Source of the DNA: Naegleria gruberi
Taxonomy: Eukaryota
Length of the DNA stretch: 64,000 nucleotides
Assembly: GCA_000004985.1 (NCBI GenBank)
Contig: GG738915.1
Reading direction: 5' to 3' (one strand)
Shown here: in pieces, positions 31,759 to 41,391 of the stretch
Layout of the letters: each line of letters begins with the position of its first letter
Position numbering within the stretch: the first letter of the stretch is position 1
Position numbers and translations under genes: made by a program
The notes under the pieces: model-generated
The model's database searches: none
Seen by the model: only the letters and a program-made list of their open reading frames with translations
Told to the model about the DNA's origin: nothing

Positions 31759-34700
31759 ATGCCAATCATTAAATTCTCCACAGGCTCTCTTCCAATCAAT
31801 TCCAATCTTCAAAGGGTGATTGAAAAGAGTCTCTCCGAAGTGAATGTTAATAATTTATTTAATTATGGAACTCCAAAAGGAGAAGAATTTATTAGACATT
31901 CCATTGCAAATTTGTACAATAATTCAAGGAGTGAAAGTGATGATCAAAAAATTGTGATGAAGAGCGATGATGTTTTCATCACTACATCGGCTCAACAGGG
32001 ATTAAATATTTCATTTGCTACCTTGTTCGGAAGTGAAGTTGAGAGTGGAAAGACAATTGTCTTGTTGCAACAACCTTGCTTTTTTGGAGTGGTGAGATTA
32101 ATTAAAAAGTATTGTTTGGGAAAGAGTTGGATTGATGTCATTACATTTGAGAATATTGATGAATTGTTGGAAAAGTTTAAAAATTTTCAAAGTGCTGCTT
32201 CTGTAAATAGAATTGTAATTTATCTTTGCTCTAATTATCAACCAAATTCGGGAAATATTTTGAGTGAAGGGGAAAAATCTGACCTTTGTAATCTTGTTTC
32301 GAAGAATATAATTGAAACGACCATCATTGAAGATAATCCATATGATTTTCTGTATGGCACCGAGAAGAGGCCTAGTACTCTTTTTGAAATACTTCCAGAG
32401 AAAACAACTTTAATTGGCGGATTTTCCAAGATTCTTGCTCCAGGAATTCGTGTTGGTTATCTGATTACAAGAAATCAATCATTCAGTGGAAGATTGTACA
32501 GAGAGAAGATTGATCAGGACTTGTTTACTTCTACACTGAGTCAGCAAGTTTGTGCCAATGCTTTGCAAGATGTATCGTACCTGTCAGAGTGGAGAGCGTT
32601 CGTTCAAAAGAGGGTTCAATGTACTGTTAAATTATTAGAAGAAATATTTGGTGAGGAAAAGAGGAGTGGAAAGATTGAATGGACTAATATTGAAAGTGGA
32701 ATTTTTGTCTATTTGAGGTTTTTCAATTCCAATCACGAAGGAGTTGCAAGTATCCAAAAATTACTTGAAATCTCCAAGAATGATTTTGAGCTAGAGTTAG
32801 AACCAAGTGGATACTGCTACTTGGATGGATGCTCGAGATTGGAGACTCGCATTAATATTATGCTTTGCGAGAGTGAAGATATTTTAAGAGAGGGCCTGGA
32901 AAGATTAAAGATTGCCTATCACAAGTGGACCATCTCTCCAAATGAAACAACCAGCATTCGTTCTATAAGCACTGAAGAAGAAAAACCTAATAAGCAAATA
33001 CTCAAGGTTGTTATCACCTCTGGAGGAACTGCTGTTCCAATCGATTCAGTCAGATATATCACTAACAGCTCTACAGGCACAACAGGAGCTTTAATTGCCG
33101 AGGAATTTGTAAAGAGGGGCCATTTAGTTTATTACATTCACAGCAAGAATGGAAAAGTTCCTTCGAAGAAATATCCAAACTTGATTTTACTTCCTTACTT
33201 TACCTTTGATGAGTATCTTGAAGTTCTAAAACAAACCACCATTGAATGTAATCCTGACGTCGTCATTTTGAGTGCAGCTGTTAGTGATTATGGTGTACAA
33301 CAAGCTCATGAGGGAAAGATTAGCTCTGATCTCGACACTCAAACCCTTACACTTGTCAAGTTGCCAAAGATTATTTCCTTGGTGAAACACTGGAATCCTA
33401 AAGTATTTCTTGTCGGATTCAAATTGCTTGCTGGAGCCACTACTGAAACACTTATTGATACAGCTTACAAATCTGGTATTAGAAATCATTGTAACCTCAC
33501 TGTTGCTAACACAACCACAAAGGATGACATGTCTAATTTCGGAAAGAGAATTATTACCATCATTACACCAGAGAAGAGCGTCATTTCCACATCAGTGAGA
33601 GATCTACCAAATGCATTGACTACTCATGTCGAAAAGAGAGTCTCCCACAAACACTACAAAACAATTGTTATTCCCTCTGATCACAAGGATTACATTAATT
33701 ATGAAAAAGTTATGGGCGAATCCATTCAGACCATGTTCTCCAACATCCAAAAAGGATATACTTTGGGATTATTTGATAGCTATTTTAAGGATGAAACAAT
33801 TTCAGATATGAATTCACATTTTGGATTTGTAGCAATGCGTGCCCCAGAACCATATAGTGGCTTCTTGATTACTTCCAGAGGAAGTGATAAAAGTCAACCA
33901 AGTATTAAGGATATTACCTACATTTCCAAAGTTGATTTCCAAGCAAGAACTTTGCATGTTCATTCAACTCATAGACAAAAGGCCTCTCTCAATGCTAATG
34001 TTGCTGGATGGTTATTTGAGAATAGACCGTTGGTTAATTTGATTTTACATGCTCACATCTTCCCAAGTTGTGATAACAAGACTGATTTTGACTATTCACC
34101 AGGTACTCAAGAGGATGTCGATGCTGTAGCTAGAAAAATGTCAAACAATGAAAAGATTGTGGAAATACCAGATCATGGTGTCATTTCAGTCTCTAACAGT
34201 TCAAGAATTGAAGAGGCTATTGATGCACTCGGAGAAGGACACGCCTATTTCAAGTTTGCTCACCTCTACGATATGATCTATGCAAGATTCCAAAAGTCTA
34301 CAGATTTAATCGATATCTTGGATAGAGAATTTGAAAATAAGGAAAAGGTCAAGGTCTTGGATTTGGCTTGTGGAACTGGTGAAGTTTCACGACTCATGTA
34401 CGAGAGAGGACTCAAGAATATTACATTCGCCGATCAGAGTGACAAAATGTTGAACTATGCCCACAAAAAATTCATTGATAATTTTGGAGAGGAGATTTCT
34501 AATGGAATTTCAAAACATGTTACTTCCATGCAAGATTTGAAAGTCAATAATGAAAAATTCGACCTGATTGTCATAAGACAGGCCATAAATTATGCAATGA
34601 ATTTGGAAGGATTGGAAATGATTGTTAAGAATTGCTATGAGCATTTAAATGATGGTGGAAAATTAATTTTCAACACTACAAACTTTAAATTGGATCAGGA

Positions 34701-35115
34701 AGGTAAATTTGCCAAGTTGAGGGAATTGAATTATGTTGCCACAGATGGACATGTTGGTATTGCTTCCACTTCAAGAAATGAGCAAGTTCCCTTCGATGTC
34801 TACATTAGGGAAGGTAACTTGTTGTATAGAGTGGATTCTGATAAGGGTGAGAGAAAGGAAATTCGAATGTTGGTTCACGCTCAACATTGCGTTGTCGAGA
34901 GAGTCATTGCAGAAAGTGGTGATAACTTTATATTTGATAGACATGTTCTCTTTGATCTCAACAAATTTGGCATGTTCACTCAACAGGAAATCACCACTGA
35001 ATTACTCAATGCTCAATTCAAACATGTGAAATGTCTTGGAAAGGGTCTAATTGAAATCAATGAGGAAAATTCTAACACCTCACCTTCCCTCTACTTTGTT
35101 GCCACTAAAAATTAA
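31759..35115 (+). CDS. Four-domain fusion protein: class I/II PLP aminotransferase + phosphopantothenoylcysteine synthetase (CoaB/PPCS)-like + uncharacterised ~200-aa region + class I SAM-dependent methyltransferase
   Basis: Single 1118-aa ORF with no stops. (1) Aminotransferase: the motif GFSKILAPGIRVGYLI fits the PLP-lysine motif S-x-S-K-x(3-5)-G-x-R-x-G. (2) CoaB-like: KVVITSGGTAVPIDSVRYITNSSTGTTGALIAEEF ... SAAVSDY ... LVGFKLLAGAT ... TVANTT, colinear with the E. coli Dfp C-terminal half ([25 protein letters not shown] ... CAAVADY ... VVGFAAET ... ICANDVS). (3) An unknown region with an HAH pair (LILHAHIFPSCDN). (4) Methyltransferase motif I VLDLACGTGEV, motif II FDLIVIRQ, and post-II LNDGGKLIF. 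Confidence 0.7.
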   Translation: MPIIKFSTGSLPINSNLQRVIEKSLSEVNVNNLFNYGTPKGEEFIRHSIANLYNNSRSESDDQKIVMKSDDVFITTSAQQGLNISFATLFGSEVESGKTIVLLQQPCFFGVVRLIKKYCLGKSWIDVITFENIDELLEKFKNFQSAASVNRIVIYLCSNYQPNSGNILSEGEKSDLCNLVSKNIIETTIIEDNPYDFLYGTEKRPSTLFEILPEKTTLIGGFSKILAPGIRVGYLITRNQSFSGRLYREKIDQDLFTSTLSQQVCANALQDVSYLSEWRAFVQKRVQCTVKLLEEIFGEEKRSGKIEWTNIESGIFVYLRFFNSNHEGVASIQKLLEISKNDFELELEPSGYCYLDGCSRLETRINIMLCESEDILREGLERLKIAYHKWTISPNETTSIRSISTEEEKPNKQILKVVITSGGTAVPIDSVRYITNSSTGTTGALIAEEFVKRGHLVYYIHSKNGKVPSKKYPNLILLPYFTFDEYLEVLKQTTIECNPDVVILSAAVSDYGVQQAHEGKISSDLDTQTLTLVKLPKIISLVKHWNPKVFLVGFKLLAGATTETLIDTAYKSGIRNHCNLTVANTTTKDDMSNFGKRIITIITPEKSVISTSVRDLPNALTTHVEKRVSHKHYKTIVIPSDHKDYINYEKVMGESIQTMFSNIQKGYTLGLFDSYFKDETISDMNSHFGFVAMRAPEPYSGFLITSRGSDKSQPSIKDITYISKVDFQARTLHVHSTHRQKASLNANVAGWLFENRPLVNLILHAHIFPSCDNKTDFDYSPGTQEDVDAVARKMSNNEKIVEIPDHGVISVSNSSRIEEAIDALGEGHAYFKFAHLYDMIYARFQKSTDLIDILDREFENKEKVKVLDLACGTGEVSRLMYERGLKNITFADQSDKMLNYAHKKFIDNFGEEISNGISKHVTSMQDLKVNNEKFDLIVIRQAINYAMNLEGLEMIVKNCYEHLNDGGKLIFNTTNFKLDQEGKFAKLRELNYVATDGHVGIASTSRNEQVPFDVYIREGNLLYRVDSDKGERKEIRMLVHAQHCVVERVIAESGDNFIFDRHVLFDLNKFGMFTQQEITTELLNAQFKHVKCLGKGLIEINEENSNTSPSLYFVATKN

Positions 35116-35268
35116 GTAAACAAACTCTTCAAATTATTATTAAGGTTAATCTTTCCCGCCATTTCCTTGTTATCGTTTCTCAAATTTCTCAAATCAAAAA
35201 AAAAGAAAATTCTTCCATCGAAGCAATAAAACGTGAATTCACAATCGGTTTGTTAAGGTCAGAGCGAT

Positions 35269-36560
35269 ATGAGTGGAAAATCAATTTATTCGGGAGAAAT
35301 TGAGGATGGCTGTTTTCATGGCAAAGGAACCATGATCTATGCCAATCAAGAGAAATATGAAGTGAGTATATTGTTGTTCTACTCATTCATCATAACTATT
35401 ATAACTATTGATTATTAATATAATTTATCTTAATGCTTGTATTGCTTAGGGAGATTGGGTGAAAGGAAAAAAGCATGGTGTAGGAGCCTTTACCTATTCC
35501 GATGGTTCTTATTATGAAGGTAAGGAAATTTCTTCACCATCATCAATGCTTATTATTACATCAAATTATTATATTAAATAGGCGAATGGATAAATGATCA
35601 AATTAATGGAAAAGGAACATTCCTCTACGCCAATGGAAATCGATATGTTGGAGAGTGGGCCGATTCAGTAATTAGTGGACGAGGCGTTCTGTACTATTCC
35701 GATGGTGATCGATATGATGGAGAATTTAAGGAAGGAAGAATGAATGGTGAGGGAATTTATTGTTATGCTGAGGGAGATCGATATGAAGGATCGTTTGTGG
35801 ATGATCAAAGACATGGAAAGGGAATAATGAGTTATGCTGGAGAGAATGGATCAATCTTTGAACGATATGAAGGTAGAGTAGATGAATTCAATTCATGAAA
35901 CTAACCATGTTGATTTTCTAATAAGGCGATTGGGCATTTGGTAAAATGGAAGGCATTGGAAAGTACCTATATAGTGATGGAAGTATTTACGAGGGAGAGT
36001 GGAAAGATGGCAAAATGAATGGACAGGGTCTATATAAATTTCAAAATGGTAATAGATATGAAGGCGAGTTTGTTAATGATCAAAAGCATGGTAAGGGTAT
36101 TCTGAGGTATGCCAATGGAGAGGTCTATGAAGGAAGCTGGAAAACTGATAAGCCACATGGAATGGGTACACTGACCTACTCTCACGGTGACAAGTATGTT
36201 GGAGAATTTGTCAATGCCAAGAAACATGGAAAGGGATCACTGGTCTATAGAAATGGTGACATTTATGATGGAGAGTGGAAGAATGATCATGCCAATGGTT
36301 ATGGGGTTTTGGAGTATGCCAATGGATCGAGCTACGAGGGAAACTTTGTGGATGATAAGAAACATGGTCAGGCAATTGTTAGAAGTTCAGATGGAAGTAT
36401 TTTTGAGGGAACGTACGAGAATGGAAGAAAGGAAGGAGAAGGTGTTTTAACATTGCAAGATGGATCTGTATATAAGGGTGTTTGGAAAGATGGTCTAATT
36501 GTTGGTATGGGTTATTTTATACCTTCAGCTCAATCAATTTGGAGTAGTCCAGATGTGTAG
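35269..36560 (+). CDS. MORN-repeat protein, 4 exons (35269..35361, 35450..35519, 35582..35872, 35926..36560), about 363 aa with ~14 MORN repeats
   Basis: Tandem YxGxWxxGxxHGxG repeats throughout (YEGEWKDGKMNGQGLYKF, YEGEFVNDQKHGKGILRY, ...). Three introns with GTGAGT/GTAAGG/GTAGAG donors and TAG/AAG acceptors, each placed right after a ...YEG codon. Joining the exons restores a continuous MORN array (MSGKSIYSGEIEDGCFHGKGTMIYANQEKYE|GDWVKGKKHGVGAFTYSDGSYYEG|EWINDQINGKGTF...). Confidence 0.7.
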
Positions 36561-36566
36561 TTTGTG

Positions 36567-37083
36567 GAATTTCCGGGGGGAGATCTAGTGCTGACAAACC
36601 ACTGGAGGTCTGCCTGGCGGGAACACCATTTTTAGTCTCTACAGTGACGCTTTTGTAATTAAAAAAAATAATTTAAAAAATTGGATTGTTGTTGACTACT
36701 CCGCTCACAAACATAATTTCATTTAATTTGTTGATAGTTTTCTTGATACATCACATGAACAATATGTTTAACCACATTTTTACTTTTAAACAATTCTTTT
36801 CAGCTTCGGAAACTTATTTTAATTTCGTTGATAAGAATGACATTATAGTAAGAGAAAGTTTGTTTATTGGTTTAGTGCAGACAATTAGTATATCAGTATT
36901 TGATTCTACCAATTCCATCACATATGTGGGTTGACCATGTAATTAGGTTGTGACATTTTTTTTTAATAAATCTAATAATAATAGGGTTCATATTTAGGTG
37001 GTTAGAAAACTGTAGAGAACTAATATGTTAATAAGGAATAGAGTGGACCATAGACTGGAGATCTCCCCCCCCGGGAATTTCGA
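36567..37083. mobile_element. MITE-like non-autonomous element (~517 bp) bounded by GC-rich imperfect terminal inverted repeats
   Basis: Left end GGAATTTCCGGGGGGAGATCT (36567..36587); right end AGATCTCCCCCCCCGGGAATTTCG (37059..37083). They are reverse complements apart from G/C homopolymer length, and flank an AT-rich interior with no credible ORF, immediately 3' of the MORN gene. Confidence 0.4.
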
Positions 37084-37443
37084 ATATTTTCTAACGAAAG
37101 ATAAAAGAATTGATGTTCACAATATGAGAAATGTTCTATTTTGAGAGATATAATCGCTGTTAGATCCTCAATACCACAAGAGTCAATTGTTTCTGGAGTT
37201 TTTTACTTCTTCAAGTCAGCAATCATCAAGAAAACAACAACACCTCATCGTAATATAATGCCATCTACAGCGAGAGATCCATCTCCCATTATGACACTTA
37301 ATGAACTCTCTGCCGTTGATGATAAAATGTACAACCCTCAACAAGACTACTCAATCTGTCATTTTCCCTCACTTTAAAAAAAAACTACGAAAACAACAAA
37401 ACCATTCAATAATTGGCCACTTAACCAAGAATTCTTTTTCAAA

Positions 37444-38946
37444 ATGGTCCTCAAGAATTTAATACCCTTCTTTAAGAGTGATAATAGCAACAATGATTCA
37501 CCTCCTCCCAACTCACCTACAACAACTATTCCACCAACAACTCAAATCTATCAGCCACCACCAACTCCAGAAAATAGACAACGAGATAATGATCAAATTG
37601 CAGCACTTGCATTGAGTCCAAGAAATCAACAAACTCAAAGACACTTTCGTTCTCCATCAATTTCCATTCCAACCACAAACAGCAACAATCAACAGCAACA
37701 ACCAACAAGTCCAACCAACACTTCTCCAACTACTAACAATACACGAAACAGAGCAATTAGTTCTCCTTTTTCATTCACCAGAAAGAGAGGAACCAGCAAT
37801 GTTTCGAATGGAAGTAATAACGGCAGTACAAGTCCTAGAGGCATTAATGGTGGTGCTTCATCTCCTCGTAATAGCCCTCAACAACCATCATCTCCAAGAA
37901 ACTTGGTGAGAGAACCAACAAGAGAAGAAAGAAGAAAGCAATTATTTAAAGAATTTGAAATGAAGAAAGTTGTCATTTATTCGAATTGTAAACGTTTGAG
38001 AGCTTTACTTGATGTTTTGATTGAAAGAGCTAAACCACATCAAGTTCAGAATGTTTCCTATGTTTTGGCACAAATGTCAGTTGTCGAAACGACTGGTTTA
38101 CCTCCAACCACTGAAAATGATCTTAAAGTTGTAAAGAGCGAATTGAATTCGATTAATCTGGAAATTTTCAGATTATCCTTGTTGATTTCTGAAAGCTACA
38201 AACAAGAAGTTTTACATCTGACAGGTGCCTCAACAATACATGACACGCGTTCACCAACAAGCATTGAAGATGAACAATTATTTGGAAATGTCAGCTGTGA
38301 ATCTGTCATTTTGAAAATAATTGGTAGAGAATTATCAGATCTTGAAAGAGATTTAGAAAGAATGCATCGTAGATGTAGAGGAAATAAGAAGAAACCTATT
38401 GAACAACCTATCCAACCTAAACGAAACAATTCCTTATTTGGAAGAAGAAGAGGAGCTTCTGCAATTGAAAGGCCAAGTAGTATGGTTCTTGGAAATCAAG
38501 ATTCAAAGAGAAGAAACTCTATGGAGTTTTATAGATCTTCAATAATTGATGAACTTGGTCAATCAGTGATGGAAAAAGTTATTGAGCGAGTTCAAAACAG
38601 TCAATTTAGAACTGTCACTAAAGAATTGCATATTGAACAGGGAATTTTAATGTTAATAGAGAAAAGATATGAAGAATTTGTGGATAAAATCAATAGATGT
38701 GACATTGACATTTATAATCCTGTCAGAATGTCAGATTTGAAATCTGAAACATTCTGGACAGATTTCCTCACGAAAAAGATGGCATTCACAGAGAATGAAT
38801 ATCAAAGTGCTCTTCAAAGTTTCTTAATTTCCAAGGAAACTGAAAATAAGAATCAAGAAGGTTCCTCGTCAATGGAAAATCAACTTTCGAATAGTAACTT
38901 TCAGATAGAGAATCGTTCTGAAGAAATTGACTTGTCTGTACAATAA
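37444..38946 (+). CDS. Hypothetical protein with a Ser/Asn/Pro/Gln-rich N-terminus and a conserved C-terminal region; member of a tandem paralog pair
   Basis: 500-aa ORF. The C-terminal half shares colinear blocks with the next gene (FEMKKVVIYSNCKRLRALLDVLIERAK vs FEIRKVLLIGACRMFKDFLLNYKKGK; ILKIIGRELSDLERDLERMH vs IINEIVDNLTKIERDAECLH). Confidence 0.45.
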   Translation: MVLKNLIPFFKSDNSNNDSPPPNSPTTTIPPTTQIYQPPPTPENRQRDNDQIAALALSPRNQQTQRHFRSPSISIPTTNSNNQQQQPTSPTNTSPTTNNTRNRAISSPFSFTRKRGTSNVSNGSNNGSTSPRGINGGASSPRNSPQQPSSPRNLVREPTREERRKQLFKEFEMKKVVIYSNCKRLRALLDVLIERAKPHQVQNVSYVLAQMSVVETTGLPPTTENDLKVVKSELNSINLEIFRLSLLISESYKQEVLHLTGASTIHDTRSPTSIEDEQLFGNVSCESVILKIIGRELSDLERDLERMHRRCRGNKKKPIEQPIQPKRNNSLFGRRRGASAIERPSSMVLGNQDSKRRNSMEFYRSSIIDELGQSVMEKVIERVQNSQFRTVTKELHIEQGILMLIEKRYEEFVDKINRCDIDIYNPVRMSDLKSETFWTDFLTKKMAFTENEYQSALQSFLISKETENKNQEGSSSMENQLSNSNFQIENRSEEIDLSVQ

Positions 38947-39638
38947 AAAATGTAAATTTTCTCTCTGTTTGAAATCAAAACTATTCGAAAAGCTAATATT
39001 TGAATATTTCAGTGCAATCTTTCGAATAGTATTGATCTGTCAATTTCTTACTCGAATATAACTGAAGTTGATTAATAGTAATTTAGTATTGAATCTAAAC
39101 TTATTATCTCTCAAATAACGGTGACATTAAACGCACATCATTATGATTAGTGACATACACCTTTAAAATTTACAAAAAATCACTTCACCCTAATCTCTCA
39201 CAATAAAAAAAATCCAAAAGCAAAACTCTGAAACGATCCTTAAATCAATGATGACACAAGTCAGCATCAATACAAGTCACTTGTCTCTCCCAAAAATTGA
39301 AACCTCCTTAATAAAATGAAATTCAAAATCTCCCGCCCTTTTCCCAAAGTATTCAACCTCACCTAACAATTGATATCTAAGGAATCTCTCTACTGAAAAA
39401 ATTAAAAAAAAAGGTCAACCGCGAAACCTGAAACTCTAGCCGTTCGTTGACGTTAGCTGCATCAAAAAAGAAGAGGCGACACCAAGAAGATTCATAACAT
39501 CGGATGATTGAATTGATTCAAAAACAGACAACCTTCAACAATTCATCCTTATCCGCTTGATCTTCCCAATTATCATCATTTGTAAATAATTTAATAAGAA
39601 AAAAGAATAAGAACAATACATTTAACTTCATCATCCAA

Positions 39639-40661
39639 TTGAAGAAGAACATCAACAACAAGTATTCAATAACGAGTATTATGATCATAATAAGTGGAAC
39701 GCGGGCAGATGATTTCGATCTGATACCCATGAGTCTCTCAGATAGTGGAGACACAACATCAATGAGGAGTTATGTTATTCAGAATCGAGCACTTCGTTCC
39801 AATTCTTTACAACCTTCATCACCCTCATCGTTTAGTCCTCAGTTTCCAAATAATCAAAGCAACTATTCAACTAATAGTACCACTTCGACAATGAGTGGTT
39901 CCAACTCAAATACATCTAAGAGAAATTCCTCACTTTCGCATCTGTGTTATTCGCAAGAGTTTGTGGAGAATCATTTGAAGAGTACAGCAGAGATGGCAAG
40001 TCAGTTTGAAATACGAAAAGTGCTCTTGATAGGTGCTTGTAGAATGTTTAAAGATTTTCTATTGAATTATAAGAAGGGCAAGTCAGATGATGTCACTGGT
40101 TTTATTCGAGTCAAGATTGAGTTTATTAGAACTGAATGTAAAAAGCTGTCCTTATTGGCAGAGACAATATATATAACTACTCCTTCTCATCACAGAAAAA
40201 TGGAGTGCTGTTGTAATGTCATTTCACAAATGGATATTATTAATGAGATTGTTGATAATCTCACTAAGATTGAACGAGATGCAGAGTGTCTTCACTCAAC
40301 CCTGAAACAGGGTGTTTCAAAGTCATTTCGGTCTAATTCTTTGGTATCGTTTTCGTATGATTTCCAAAGAGCTTCCACAGCACTGGAAGCTGTAGATGAA
40401 TTACCCTTAGAAAAAGGAATCACCCTGCTTCTCCTTAGAAGAAATCTCGAGAGGAGAACTAATCGAATGCTCACCAATACTCTCCTAGACCCAATCTCAA
40501 CCAAAGAAGACGAGCAAGCCGACAAGTTGTACCTGCAGGAAGAAATAGGACTCCTTCCCAAAGAATTTCAAACCACTCTTAATCGTTTCTACATGGCTCA
40601 ACGAGGTGGCTCTTTCTGTTCACTCACTGACTTGATTCCAGACGATTCCTTTGAAGATTAA
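39639..40661 (+). CDS. Hypothetical protein, tandem paralog of 37444..38946
   Basis: 340-aa ORF; Ser-rich N-terminus; conserved blocks shared with the upstream gene. The true start may be Met at MSLSDSGD (about 39729). Confidence 0.45.
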   Translation: MKKNINNKYSITSIMIIISGTRADDFDLIPMSLSDSGDTTSMRSYVIQNRALRSNSLQPSSPSSFSPQFPNNQSNYSTNSTTSTMSGSNSNTSKRNSSLSHLCYSQEFVENHLKSTAEMASQFEIRKVLLIGACRMFKDFLLNYKKGKSDDVTGFIRVKIEFIRTECKKLSLLAETIYITTPSHHRKMECCCNVISQMDIINEIVDNLTKIERDAECLHSTLKQGVSKSFRSNSLVSFSYDFQRASTALEAVDELPLEKGITLLLLRRNLERRTNRMLTNTLLDPISTKEDEQADKLYLQEEIGLLPKEFQTTLNRFYMAQRGGSFCSLTDLIPDDSFED

Positions 40662-41391
40662 ATAAATTGCATTGCTCTTCAACTCTAATTAGAATCAAAA
40701 TTGTTAAATATCTAATCAACCCTGCATCATTTGAGGAGCAGCCCCCAAATATTACATGACCATTAGATTATAGTCCAATGAGCTTTGAGCCTTTCGCTCC
40801 ATAATATTGTTTTTACATATTTTTCTAAGGTTCCATTTCCAATTAGAAATCATATAGATACCATTTGGTAGCTTTGTTCTCCAAGCTAGAAATATTATTC
40901 AATTCCATGTGATAAAAAACATCGACAAGCAATACTGTTGGGCAGCAAAAAGAAGAAGAAACGAAGATTTTCTGTGAGAGCAAGTGTGTGCTTTGTGTGA
41001 CCATAATCTTCTCAACAATCTGAGAGAGAATTTTGGGAGTTCTCTTTGAATCATTCCTTTCCCAATTTAAACAAAAACAAAACCAAGAGTCGTGGACAAT
41101 CTTTTCAACAACAACAATACACAACTCCATCACCACAACAACAACAACCTGAGAAAGATTATTTCGGAATTAATTCGACCACAAACAAATAACAACAATT
41201 ACTCTAAGAAGTATAGTTTTATAACACATATACATCATCATTATCAATTTTTTGTACAGAACACAAAACTACATCATCATCACCAACATCATGATATTAT
41301 AAATAATAATAATAATTAAATCATCCGCATCAACCACTACCCAATATTATATACATCATCACATCATCACCAAGTAAATAAACACAACAAC

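Noticed and set aside
36686-36934. 82-aa ORF
   Set aside because: It is located inside the MITE-like element. It is AT-rich and Phe/Asn/Ile-biased with no start context; most likely non-coding.
36567-37083. Possible cloning-vector polylinker contamination (CCCGGG and AGATCT adjacent to a GAATT-like sequence)
   Set aside because: The hexamers occur as part of an imperfect inverted repeat present at both ends of a 517-bp native-looking AT-rich segment, with G/C homopolymers of different length at each end. That fits a TIR element better than a synthetic polylinker.
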